From: the human T2T-CHM13v2.0 reference genome, Homo sapiens | NCBI RefSeq assembly: GCF_009914755.1 | Contig: NC_060934.1 | Strand: one strand, 5' to 3' | Length of the DNA: 64,000 nt | In this document: positions 1 to 13,527 of the stretch, piece after piece | Layout of the letters: every line of letters begins with the position of its first letter | How positions within the stretch are numbered: the stretch's first letter is position 1 | Notes under the pieces: generated by a model | The model's input: the letters and a program-made list of their open reading frames with translations, nothing else | Told to the model about the DNA's origin: nothing | Databases searched by the model: none | Program-made: the position numbers and the translations under genes

Positions 1-35
1 ATGCAGCTGGCATCATGTTTTAATTGTGTCCTTAC

Positions 36-94
36 CCGCAGCTTTTCCTCGGTCTTCGTAGATTGCTTACAGTCGGGATGCCAAACGGTGGAGC
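36..94 (-). CDS. ABLIM1: ABLIM1 internal coding exon (59 bp), end of LIM4
   Basis: Acceptor TTCTGTCTTCTCAG|GC, donor CGG|GTAAGG; encodes (G)STVWHPDCKQSTKTEEKLR; phase 1 to phase 0. Confidence 0.96.
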
Positions 95-1098
95 CTGAGA
101 AGACAGAATGCACTACTAAGAGCCAGGAAAATGGAAAGATACAAAGTCCTCTGAGACAGCACTTCTGAGAATGGCTCCTATCCCTCTTTCCCCATCATAG
201 GAAGGTGTTATTGCTTTATGTCCAAGTGAATCATAACACAAAAATCAGACATGTCCAAAGCCTAAGTGAGTTTTCCTGATCTAGCCCAAGCTTGTTTGAT
301 AAAGGTCATAATTCTAGACCACAGAGACCACCAACTGGGCATGAGTCTTTTGATGCAAGAGATATTTAGTTCTTAATCGTGTCTTGTTATTTTTAAACCT
401 TATTATCATCCTTTAAAAGGAATGCCTGAGTGCTTACTACAAGCTGCATTTAATTTAAAAAATAATAGCTATTGTTTATATAACATCAAAACAACCAAGC
501 AGTTTAGTTGACGGGAATAAAGTCAACCAGATAGTCTATGTCCAGAAGCAAGACTTACTGAATTTTTCATTGATTCAATTATACATAGTCACCTACAGAG
601 AAATGAGAAACCAACTAGTAGAAAGGGTGAAAGTTAAATTATAAATCCAAAAATTGCCTTTGGCCTTCAATCTTTTAAGTAATTTTCTAAAAAGTCTTTG
701 CTTTTAAACTAGTGAAGTAACTATTTAGGTGTTATTTTCTGTTCCTGAGTCAACAGTCTCACTTTCTCATATTATGAAGCACTTTAATGCGTGGTACCAG
801 CATCACAGAATTAAACAAAACACTTATCTCCAATAGAAGCTCTTATAAGAATCCAATGCCTGCTCATATGATTTTGTATGACTAGATACATATCAAATAT
901 GTCATTTATATGATTATGAGTAAGGCTGATATGTCCATGTAAGGACACATTCAAGTGTGGGGATGGACAGAACTTAAATGAGCACTTAAGAAGACTTAAG
1001 AAAATAAAGTTACTATGTTGAAAGCATAAATTACATAAATAAAATTCACAGTATGAATATCAGAGTTTCCACATTTCATGACTTAAATCTTTACCTCA

Positions 1099-1394
<296 letters not shown>

Positions 1395-2882
1395 AAAATC
1401 TTTATCTCTTTTAAGCAACAACCTGTGCATACTTGAAAAGTAACCAAATTAAAATAACTCATGAGTTATTTCACACCACTGAGCTTAACTAATATCAAAT
1501 TAATGGCAAGAAAAAATACATTTTATATCAGCATAATACTTTAATCCTTATTTAACAATCATTTTTTCCATCTTCTTAACCCAGGGCCAAAATAAACAAA
1601 CAAAAAAATCAAACAAAAAGCAGACAGACGTATAGGTCCCTTCAGCACTAACTCTGGCTCAAAGGCTAACTACAAAGCACAGGAAATCCTCTGAATGCAG
1701 AGGGCCCAGGGGTCAGGTGCAGGCTCAGGAGAAGCATTCGCCGTGAAGGTTCTGCTGAGCAGGAGTCACTGGCCAGGACACCGGGTCTGCGCACAATGGC
1801 ACTATTGTTCTCCAGAGGTCAGGCACACAAGGAATGTGACTCGGACAGAACATCAGATGCTGAAGAAGATGAAACTGCTCTTTCTTCAAAGATGTGCCAA
1901 GAGGGCACACAAAGGCTACGGAAGCACAACTCCAGAAGGTTTAGAGCAATCCCTGGAATTCCAAATGCAGCCTCAACAGATAGCCATTTATTTGTAGCCC
2001 GAATGTGCTGCATTTGTGCACTGCTTGAAACCTTCTCTCTCCAGCCTCCAGAACCACTCTGAATTGCAGAGCTGCACCCGGAGCCTCTGAGTCTGTTTCT
2101 AGCAGAGACAGGGTTGATTGGCACTCCTGTGTCTTTGCTTTTGAGTGCTAGAATTGACATGCTAAAATCTAAGCCCACAGACCAAATAAAGAATAAATCT
2201 GCTTTGTGCTGAGAAATGCAAAGTGACACCTGCCTATTGCCACTGCAGATGTAAGGCCTGTTGTCCTTGGGAAAACGTGTCATATAAATCCCGCATGAGG
2301 CCACAGATGCGGGTGCTTGTCACTTGCCTTCATAAGGCCTTTCAAAATTCCGTGATGTTTTTAATCACAGTTTTTCAGAGTGATCATTCTAAAGCCAAAA
2401 AGAAGTTTGGGTTGTCAATTTCTCATGTAGCTAGCCTTTTTTAAGGGGAGAGTAGCCAGGCTTTGCTTTAATACTCAAGAATCCTTTCTGTAGACTTTCC
2501 TAAGTTGCCTAAAAACAAAATTGAGAGAGCAAAGTGAACAACTCATTACAGGTACACATAGTGCCATGTGCAAAGAGAAATCAAGAAATGACATGCACAG
2601 GTAGTTGAGACCCAGTAATTACCACAACGGAACGAGCAATAGCTCTTATGGGTTTTGCTAATTTTATTAATAAACCCTTGTTTGATTAATAACTCTTTTC
2701 CAGCTAAAAACAGTAAAATGCTTACACAGATGGTGCTGTTTGACTAGAAGAGAATCCTCTCTCAAAGCCTCTCTGAGAAGTTCCAGAATTTCAGAGAACA
2801 TAAAAACTGATCATATATATATATATATAATCAGTTTCATAAAAACTATGATCATATATATATGGTCCTTTATATATATATG

Positions 2883-3045
2883 TATGCTTATTTTTTTTGT
2901 CTTTTTTGTTTTTTTTCTTCCTTTTTGTGGAGAACGGGGTCTCGCTATATTGCCCAGGCACGTCTTGAATTCCTCAGCTCAAGCTATCCTCCCGCCTCTG
3001 CCTCCCTGAGAGCTGGGATTACAGGTGTGAGCCACCACGCCCGGC
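2883..3045 (-). pseudogene. BC200 (BCYRN1) RNA retrocopy
   Basis: Diagnostic CCCAGCTCTCAGGGAGGC, GGATAGCTTGAG, GGGCAATATAGCGAGACCCCGTTCTCCA, A-rich domain AAAAAGG...AAGACAAAAAAAATAAGCATA; flanked by ATATATATGT. Confidence 0.9.
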
Positions 3046-3119
<74 letters not shown>

Positions 3120-3141
3120 GGTCTATTTTATATATATATAT
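3046..3141. repeat. (TG)n(TA)n compound microsatellite
   Basis: Direct reading. Confidence 0.97.
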
Positions 3142-3144
3142 AAA

Positions 3145-3238
3145 ATAGAGTTGAGGATTCCCTATGTTGCCCAGGATGGTCTTGAACTCCTCGGTTCAAG
3201 CAGTCTTCCCAACTCAGCTTCCCAAAGTGCTGGGATTC
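3145..3238 (-). mobile_element. FLAM/AluJ left-arm fragment
   Basis: CTATGTTGCCCAGG..CCCAAAGTGCTGGGATT. Confidence 0.85.
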
Positions 3239-3512
3239 CAATGGCTCCCTGGTAAAAAGTACCTCTTTGACACCAGAAATTTCTCTTTCAGAGAGTGGGT
3301 TCTCTCTTGTTATCTCCTATTCTCTCTCTGTCTCTCTCTCTCTCAATATAAGAGCTAATCAACTTAATGGGGTGAAACAAGTCTGTGACGTAATTCATCA
3401 AATATGAGATTTTCTTTTTGAAAACCCAGAGAACAGCAGCCTGGGAGGCCTCAAAAAGCCCTTCTCACAGGAGAGTAAAAGGAGAAAAAAAGTAGCCATC
3501 AAATAAGTAACA

Positions 3513-3532
3513 TTTCTAGAAATTTCTAGAAA
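3513..3532. promoter_or_regulatory. Perfect 4-pentamer heat-shock element motif
   Basis: tTTCt-aGAAa-tTTCt-aGAAa; motif only. Confidence 0.5.
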
Positions 3533-3884
3533 TTATTTTAATCTTTTGTTTCCTAAGCATATTCCTGGGGAGAGTTGGAGAGGAGATATTGCTGATTTTC
3601 ACTCTTCCCTCACATCCGAGCCATCAAATGTCGAGTTCCATTCATTTGATTAAGGCAGCATCACAAGTTCATTCGTGAACAGCCTGAGGGGCTCACTGCC
3701 AGCATGTCAACTGCTTGGCTGATTAATACTAACTGATGAGGTAACTTTTGGCCATAATCTTCTTGGATTTGGGTAGCCTCACAGCTAATAACATGCCTCC
3801 TTCTCTAAAAACAATCAAACAAACATAGCAAGATTTCCTTTCCCCCAGCAAGGAAAACTTCTAGTGTTCTTGAGTCCACCTCAC

Positions 3885-3972
3885 CTTGAAGATACATTTC
3901 CTCTCCTTCTGTGAACATCTGGTTGCATCTGCTGCATCGTGCACAGCTGGGGTGGTAATGTTTGTCACCTGC
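3885..3972 (-). CDS. ABLIM1: ABLIM1 internal coding exon (88 bp), core of LIM4
   Basis: Acceptor CTTTTCTCTTGCAG|GCA, donor CAAG|GTGAGG; encodes AGDKHYHPSCARCSRCNQMFTEGEEMYLQ(G); phase 0 fits the previous exon across a 53 kb intron. Confidence 0.97.
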
Positions 3973-5489
3973 CTGCAAGAGAAAAGGTAGGGAACGTTGA
4001 GTCTGCTCCTTGTCATGGATACCAGAATCTTTTCTGGACTTGATGATTTAGAAGAAAAGAGAGGATGCTGAAAAAGGAAAAATAATTTTCTAATTGACCA
4101 AACTTCCTACACCAACAGCCCCGGAAGCTAAAGCCAACTTCACTGAAATCGGGAGGGGCTCCAAGGCCAGCTACTCGTGGCTGCCTGGTGGGGCTGCCTT
4201 GCCTCTCGGTGTTTCTGGCTTCTATGTCTCCCTCTTGACCTGGATGGCTGCCACTAACACACCATATGCCTGAGATGAGTCACTCCATCTCCCCAAAACC
4301 CCACCTTGTTGGGAGCTAATGCTGTTTCTAACAAACCAACCAAAAATAAATGACCCTTATATTTAGCAGGTTCTTGCTTTCTTGGCTAAACAATCTGAAA
4401 ATAATAAAATCTACCCCAATGGCATCAAGGTGAGAAAAGCTATAGTAAAATACATCATCCACTGTTTTTATCTCAAGGGGGGCCCTAAGTCTCCTCTATG
4501 CAGCTTGCAACAATCTTTTGCCAGTGGCTTACATGAAGAGTTTTCTGGAGAAGGCATTTTACTAAGGTGGCTGTGCATTATTCATGTGCATTTCACATTC
4601 CTAAATATGACAGATGCCATCACAGCAGGTGTTGACTTCCCCAAAGCAAAGTGTCACTGGATACAGGGACAATTTTCTAGACAGGTGCCAAATCACATTA
4701 GAGTCATGCTCCACATACATGCTTGACAAGAACAAATCCTTTCGTTCACAGCCTAGCAAAAAATCATCACCACCTAAGAACTCTCAGATGGACTCTGATT
4801 AAATCATTTCCATCAATCCACCATCAAAACATTTATTCTGCATTAACCATGTACAAGGCAGTGGCCGAGAAAGAGTTAAAAATGACTGTATCCTGCATCA
4901 GAACCTGCATGAAACTGCAACAGGAAATCAGATGTCACGTGGTAATTCCTTTCTCATACTTTCCTGTAAAAACTACAAGATCCACTTAGCAACCAGCACG
5001 TGAGGTGGTGGTTAGCCCTTTAAGATAATCAGGTGGAAAAAAAAATTGAAGTTATTTAAATTAGAAGTTAGGAATAAAAATCTTTTCAGTGGTGCCTGCC
5101 AGAAAATTCCAGAAGTGGTGCTCTTGTCCTCGTCCACATGCTACTTTTTATTTATTTGTAAAATTTTTTACTTTTCTGCAGAAGGAAGGGTAGGGCTGGG
5201 GGAGAGTGGCGAGAGAAGGCGGGAAATATCAACACAAAGTAGCTCCTGCCTGTAGGACATCTGAAGTCAAATGTGAGCAGAAAGGAGGAAGAAAGAAGAC
5301 ATTACTCAGTCCTAAGTGCTCAGTTCTAAACCAGGTTCGCTCAGCTAGGATGCCAGTGCTGGGAGGCCCAAGTTAGTCCGGGCAATCTCTGGACTCTTAA
5401 GGAAAATGTTAAGTGAAAAAATAAAGGCCCCTTGGCAAGACCATGGTGTCGTCTGCAGTGAAAAGCATACCTCCTGGTAAGCTACAAAT

Positions 5490-6830
<1,341 letters not shown>

Positions 6831-6859
6831 ATAAGCTAGTGGCCAAAGCTGTTGAGACA

Positions 6860-7050
6860 CTAGGGTAAGTCTGATTGGATTCAAATCCAGTTTCAGTATT
6901 GTGTGATCTTGTGCAGGTGACAATCTCTCTAATCCTCAGCTTCCACATCAATAAAATGGGTAGAAATAATAGAACTTACCCCACGCAGTTGATGAGAGCA
7001 CTATTAGGAACCTAGTATATTGCCTGGCACCATGTTAAGTGCTTTAAAAG
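6860..7050 (+). mobile_element. MIR
   Basis: GGATTCAAATCCAG..CCTCAGCTTCCACATCAATAAAATGGG core. Confidence 0.7.
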
Positions 7051-7464
7051 CCTAATTTTCTTCAACCCCCTCATCAATCCTGTAAGGCAGACACTCTTAT
7101 GATTATTTACATCAACGAGGACACACATGTATATGTATATTGATCTTATATGTGTGCCCTTCTTAGAGAGAAGACAGCGAGAATATACAACTAGTTTGCT
7201 GTGGTTACCTTTGGAGCAAGAGGTGAGAGTCAGGAAGAAGTAAAGGAAGGGACCCTCACATTCTCCTTTGCAGCTATATCATCTCAACCCTTTATAACAA
7301 AAATATATTTTTGTGTTGCTGTGTAATAAAATAAAGACCAAGAGGAAAAAAAAGTCCATTTCTTTTGGAGCTGTGACACCTGAACTAGAGTGTTTACCCC
7401 AGCCCGTACTGGAAATGGGATCTTGGGCAGATCACAAGCTCTTGGAACCTCTATTGTAAAGTAG

Positions 7465-7770
7465 AGATGATGATGGTGATGATGGTGGTGGTGATGGTGA
7501 TGATGATAATGATGATGGTGAGTGGTGCTGGGGTGGTAATGATGATGATGATGATGATGATGGTAGTGATGGTGATGGTGATAATGATAGTAGTGGTGAT
7601 AATGGTGAAGGTGATGGTAATGATGGTGACAGTGATGACAACAATGAAGACAATGATGGTGATGATGATGGTAATGATGATATTGTGGTGACGATGATGT
7701 GGTGGTGATGACGGTGCTGCTGCTGCTGCTGCTGCTGACATTGATGGTAGTGCTGGTGATGATACTGTGA
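7465..7770. repeat. Degenerate (GAT/GGT)n trinucleotide repeat with embedded (GCT)7
   Basis: Direct reading; (GCT)7 at 7716-7736. Confidence 0.97.
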
Positions 7771-7799
7771 TTATTCTGTGTCAATTACTCTTTTACGTA

Positions 7800-7990
7800 C
7801 TCCATAAACATTTAGTCAATTTGTGTCACAATAACCTAAGAAGGCAGGAAGTATTATTATCCTTATTTTAAAGATGAGGAAGCTGAGGCCTGAAGAGATT
7901 TTATAACTCCTTTACAGTCACAGTTAGAACTGGTGGGACCAGGATGCAAACCCAGGCAGTCTGGCTCTGGAGTGAGTGTTCTTACCCAGT
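7800..7990 (-). mobile_element. MIR
   Basis: ATTATCCTTATTTTAAAGATGAGGAAGCTGAGGC..CAAACCCAGGCAGTCTGGCTC. Confidence 0.75.
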
Positions 7991-8384
7991 ACCACCACTA
8001 ATAACCATACAGTATGTCACTGCTGTAACTACCTCACAATGATACTGGTGTGATGACCAAAAGACATTTTGAAAATGGTGTGACACATTGCACAAAGTAA
8101 TAACAATAATGATACGAATAACAATGTAATAACTCTCTGCTCAGAGACAGTCCCAAGGTCATTCACAAAAAGAAGGCACATTAGTGTGGTTTGGATGCCA
8201 GTAAAAGGCTCTCTGGATGCCCTGGGCAGGCACAGGAGAGTCACTGTGTTCTATTAACTCACAAGATGAAGGGAAATTACATCAACTTATAAGAGTTCTA
8301 TCAACTCACAAGATGAATGGAAGTTACATCAAGGCCCCATGTGGCAGGACTTCGCTCTATAAATCATTAGTAAAAACACTGCTA

Positions 8385-8775
8385 CATATACACCATGGAA
8401 TACTATGTAGCCATAAAAAGGAATGAGATCATGTCCTTTGCAGGGACATGGATGAAGCTGGAAGCCATTATCCTCAGCAAACTAACACAGGAACAGAAAA
8501 CCAAACACTGCATGTTCTCACTTACAAGTGGGAGCTGAACAATGAGAACACACGGACACAGGGAGGGGAACAACACACACTGGAGCCTGTTGGGGGAGGG
8601 TGGCGGGGGAAGAGCATTAAGAAAAAGAGCTAAGGCATGCTGGGCTTAATACCTAGGTGATGGGTTGCCAGGTGCAGCAAACCACCATGGCACATGCTTA
8701 CCTATGTAACAAACCTGCACATCCTGCACATGTACTATGGAACTTAAAAATAAAATAAAATAATTATATAAAAAG
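8385..8775 (+). mobile_element. L1PA/PB 3' end, 5'-truncated
   Basis: L1 3'UTR (CATGGAATACTATG..CTATGTAACAAACCTGCAC); TSD AAAACACTGCTA at 8373-8384 and 8776-8787. Confidence 0.93.
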
Positions 8776-9491
8776 AAAACACTGCTAAAAAACCTAACCC
8801 TAGCCCATTGTAATGCCAGGGATGTCTTGACCTATGTATTTCCTTCATCCCAAGATGCTGAACATGTCAAGACATTCGGTGAGCCAGAGTCAAAAGGCAT
8901 TGAGGAGTCGTTCTGTTTTTGCAGCAGTGCAGGCTTGAGAGGCTCCAGGGTCAGATGCTCAAGACAAAGGAGGCCCTCCTTCGCATGTGTGAGACACCCT
9001 TCTGTTTCATTTCTCCTTACATAGGCACCCATGATGGTTCACAGAGAAGCCATGTGCACAAGGCCAGGAAAAGTAACAGAGCTGAACACAGACGGCAGTG
9101 CATATGCAAATTTACCAAAAATCAGATGTTGCTGAATCAAAATCATTTAAATTGGAGTTATTTTTAGGAGAAGGAGAAGTATTTCAGATCATGAGCAAAA
9201 TGAAAGACTAAATAGCGCTCATATAAGAAACAGATAATAAGCTTGCAATTCACTGCAGAGAGGATGCTGTTGACTATAAACTTTTAAAGCCCAGCAGGAG
9301 CTTTGTTGTGGCAGACAACGGCATGAAGGTTGGTTTACCAGATACCTGGCCCCAGGCACATAACTGGCAGCCGTCCTGCCTGAGCCTGAGTGGCCAGCGG
9401 TGCTGCTAGAGAGCTCACCAGAGCGCCATCACTGCTCTTCCCCATCTATCTTTGTACCCTGCTCCTTAAAAAAAATCACGTCCCCATTTCT

Positions 9492-9841
<350 letters not shown>

Positions 9842-12512
9842 TTATAAAAAGACTACATTGTGGCTAGCATGAAACTCTATGAACAACTGACAATTTGCTT
9901 ATTTAGGTGAGTTTTACAAAGTACCTGCCTACACATTTGAAGTGCAAAAAATTGTTTGCCTTTAATAGTGCTGGTTAAATCAGACATCTGTAGTTATTAT
10001 TGCTATTTAGTTAATCTCTAAATTGAAGTATGAACTTTAGCATACAAACCAGGATTCTGGGGAAATAACATCTACTCTAATGCAAAATTTAGTGTAAGTC
10101 ACAACATTTTTTATGAAACCCTTTGTCTGGAAGAGCAGAAAAGAGTTCCGAATTCTTTGTGGACATGAGGTACAGGGAAAGGGCTACAAGCTTTGGAATC
10201 AGGAAGTCTGAGAATCATACCTCAATTTACCATCCATAGGGCCTCAAATATGTCACTATTTAACATCTCCAAGCCTCAGGACACACATCTCAAAAATGCA
10301 AAGGGCCGGGCTAGACAATTTCAAGTCCTCTTCAGCTGTAAAATTCTATGTTTCGGTGTGAAATCCCATACCCTCTACAAGCTCACATAGTAGTGCTAAC
10401 AGAAGAGCAATTTTGGTAGAGAAAGAACATTCTTGATGGCAGAAAAATGGAGTTTAACCAATGATTCCTCCGTGTCTGTTACCCAGGAGAAATTCTAATG
10501 CCCTAAGCCCTGAGCCCATGTAATATGCTCCTGGGAACAGAAAAAGAGAATTGTAATTCTAGAACCCATCCTTGGACAGAAAATCTGCTCATCTGATAAC
10601 CTGCTTAGCTCCTGGACTGCTGACAGTCCCTTTTAGTTTCTTTCCTTTACCGCCTCCATTTCTCTAGGAGTGCTCTACTTGTGGCATGAGCCCAGGAGAT
10701 GGGAAGATGGCCCTGAAGGTCAACCTTAATCCACTTATAACTTATGTTCTGCCTACTTTCAAAAAGGACTGGCTGATTCTTATCAGAGAAGGACATGATT
10801 TTAAAACAATTGATCAAGAACCTTAAAATTCAAAAGACCCAAGCTCAGGCAAACATGTTTGTTGTGATGTGAGCTTCTTAGCAGATGAGGGCAAAAGAGG
10901 AACTGATAGGCTGCCAAAGTCTCACTGTTTGAAAAAATGGCCACACACACTTGTCACTACAGAAGGTAGGTTTCCTGATTCTAAGTTAATAACAGTCATT
11001 GTGGGCTGAAGTTCTATAAGGTCTTGCTTTGTGTAAGGCTTTGTATCAAGACTTTAAATGATTCACAACAACCCTATGAGGTAGGTCGGTGCTATTTTCC
11101 AGTCTTGTTCTACAAGCAAGGAAACTAAATTGTTTTACCCAAACCCACCAGTGCTTCCAGAAGACAGAGCTAGGGGTAGAACCCAGGTAGCTGACTCAAG
11201 GTCCACACGTTAACCCTGTTAAACTACCTCCTAAAAGCACCAAAGGAATTCTCATACAGGGACCCTCAGTTATGGGACAGAAAAACATCTTCCACAGGAA
11301 TTTCACTGATGATAGGAAGTATTTAAGTAGTTGTTTCTCATATAGACCCTTGAGAAATACCAAAGACGTAGCACTGAAAGATCACTAAATGAAGTCACTT
11401 CCATAGAGGAAGTTAAACTATCGAGGACTATGTGTGTAGTTTTGTTTCTTGTTTTATCTTAAAAGATCTAACTTGATTCAGAGATGGTGCTTAGAATCCC
11501 CAAAGGAATAAGCAAATTGTTTTCCAGTCCCTAAGACTCTCCCAAACACAGCTCTGGTGGATGGTGATTTCAGACTAAGGATATACAAACACCTAGAGGC
11601 TGGTGGGTTGCTTTAGATCAGGAGTTTTCTAACATTATTGCGCATAAGCAACACCCAAGAAGCCTTTTAAAAATGGGTTCGATGGCCTTAAGGTGGGACC
11701 CAGATATGAGTGTCTTTATTTTATAAGCACTGAAATGAGTCTATGCAGATCACCATGAGATGGGAAAACACTGGTCTGGGTGGTACCAAAACCACAAACC
11801 TGAGGGTGGATGAAGAGATGAGGAAGCCAAAGGGAGTAACAGAGATGTGCTGCTTACGTGGCAGGTGCATGGGCGGAAGGGAGAGGCAGAATCACGCAAG
11901 TTCCCTGTTATGCTCCTGCAGAAAGGCAGTGCAGAGGCTGACTCAGCTTTTTTGCGTCTACTGGTTTTTTCACCCTCAACTGGGAGAGGCTTCCAATGCA
12001 ACTGGACTGGCTTGATCTCTAAGCTAAACACTCACCTGTTCCAGGAGGCTTTTCTCCTGATGCAGCATCATGAACAGGCAGGATAATGAGGGCGTGCCTT
12101 GGCCGTAAATATGTATCCTGGGCAAAGGTGAATAAATCAGTCTGCCCAGGCAGCTTTCACAAAGCCTAGAGGGCTCTATACAAGTCTGTGCAAAGCCAAT
12201 CTGCACAAATGAGAACATCCTGTAGCCCTACAGCCTTACTAACTGCGAGGCTTCTGAGCTCACAAACACTGCTTTAAACACGTGTGCTATGTCAGAGGAA
12301 GGGTCAGCAGCTTATCCTTCTGAGTAAGGGTGCATAAACTAGTTTAGGGAGAAATAAACCATTATACTCTAACTTTCATCATAGAGTAGAAAGACATGGG
12401 CTTTGGGAGCAAGAGAACCCAGGGCCTAAATTCTAGACTGAAAATTGGACTTTGGGCACTTTTCTGGACTCATTTCTTCACCTGTAAAAACTAGTATAAG
12501 AAAACCTACTAT

Positions 12513-12878
12513 GGCCAAAGTGTGATGGTTTGTGCCTGTAACCCCAGCAGATCACTTGAGCCCAGGAGTTTGAGACCAGCCTGGGCAACATGGAGAAACC
12601 CCATCTCTACAAACAACACAAACATTAGCTGGGCATGGTGGTACTTGCCTATAGTCTCAGCAGCTGGGGAGGCTGCGGTGGGAGGATCACTTGAGCCCAG
12701 AGGTTGAGGCTGCAGTGAGACATGATTGCACCACTGCACTCCAGCCCAGGTGACAGAGGAAGACCTTGTGTCGAAAGAAAAAAAAAAAAAAAAAAAGAAA
12801 GAGAAGGGAAGGGAAAGGAAGGGAAAGGAAGGGAAAGGAAGGGAAGGGAAGGGAAGGGAAGGGAAGGGAAGGGAAGGG
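12513..12878 (+). mobile_element. AluJ (left arm partly deleted) with (GGGAA)n tail, inserted in a MIR
   Basis: Alu motifs; pentamer purine repeat about 12805-12878; MIR-like sequence on both sides. Confidence 0.88.
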
Positions 12879-13527
12879 AGCCTACTACGTAGGATTGTTA
12901 TGAAAGTTAAATAAACAAAGGCAAGTTGGTAGCAAAGTAACTGGTGCCAATCAAAGCAGGTGAGCTTTCTTCCTCTCTTTCCCACTAGGTTATAAATTCC
13001 CTTAAAGAATTGGGCCACACCTGTATCTTCATAACTCTACACCTCCATGCTTCCCACAAGAAGGTGTTCTAGAAGTGTCCAGTGAATTAATATGCCAACA
13101 GAAACCTCTAAATAGATTTGCAACCATTCCCTATACAATTACTTTGGCCAAAAGATGAGTAAAAGATCAACTTCTTCTGTGCCTCAGCTATAGTTTCAGT
13201 ATTTGCTTGTTTCCAGACACCATGATAGGCACCTCACAAACTTTACCCCACCTGACTCTCCCAGCCACAATGTGAGGTAGGTAATATGCCCATTTCACAG
13301 ATGAGGAAATCAAAACTTAGAGAGATCAGGAAATCACCCAAGGCTACTCAGTTAGCAAGGGATGGAGCTATGATCTGAATCCAGGTCTGTCCAACTCTAG
13401 AGACTGTCCAACAGAGCCAATGTTGTTTTCCCAGGCCTCAGGAGCTCAGTTAATATTGGGAAGGCTCTAGTCAAGATCTGCACTGGCAAAGCAGATCTCC
13501 CATGACTTTATATATCCTCTTTCAACT

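Noticed and set aside
7284-7784. Poly-His, poly-Ser/Pro, poly-Ile and poly-Met ORFs
   Set aside because: Frame artefacts of a stop-poor trinucleotide repeat; no splice or promoter support
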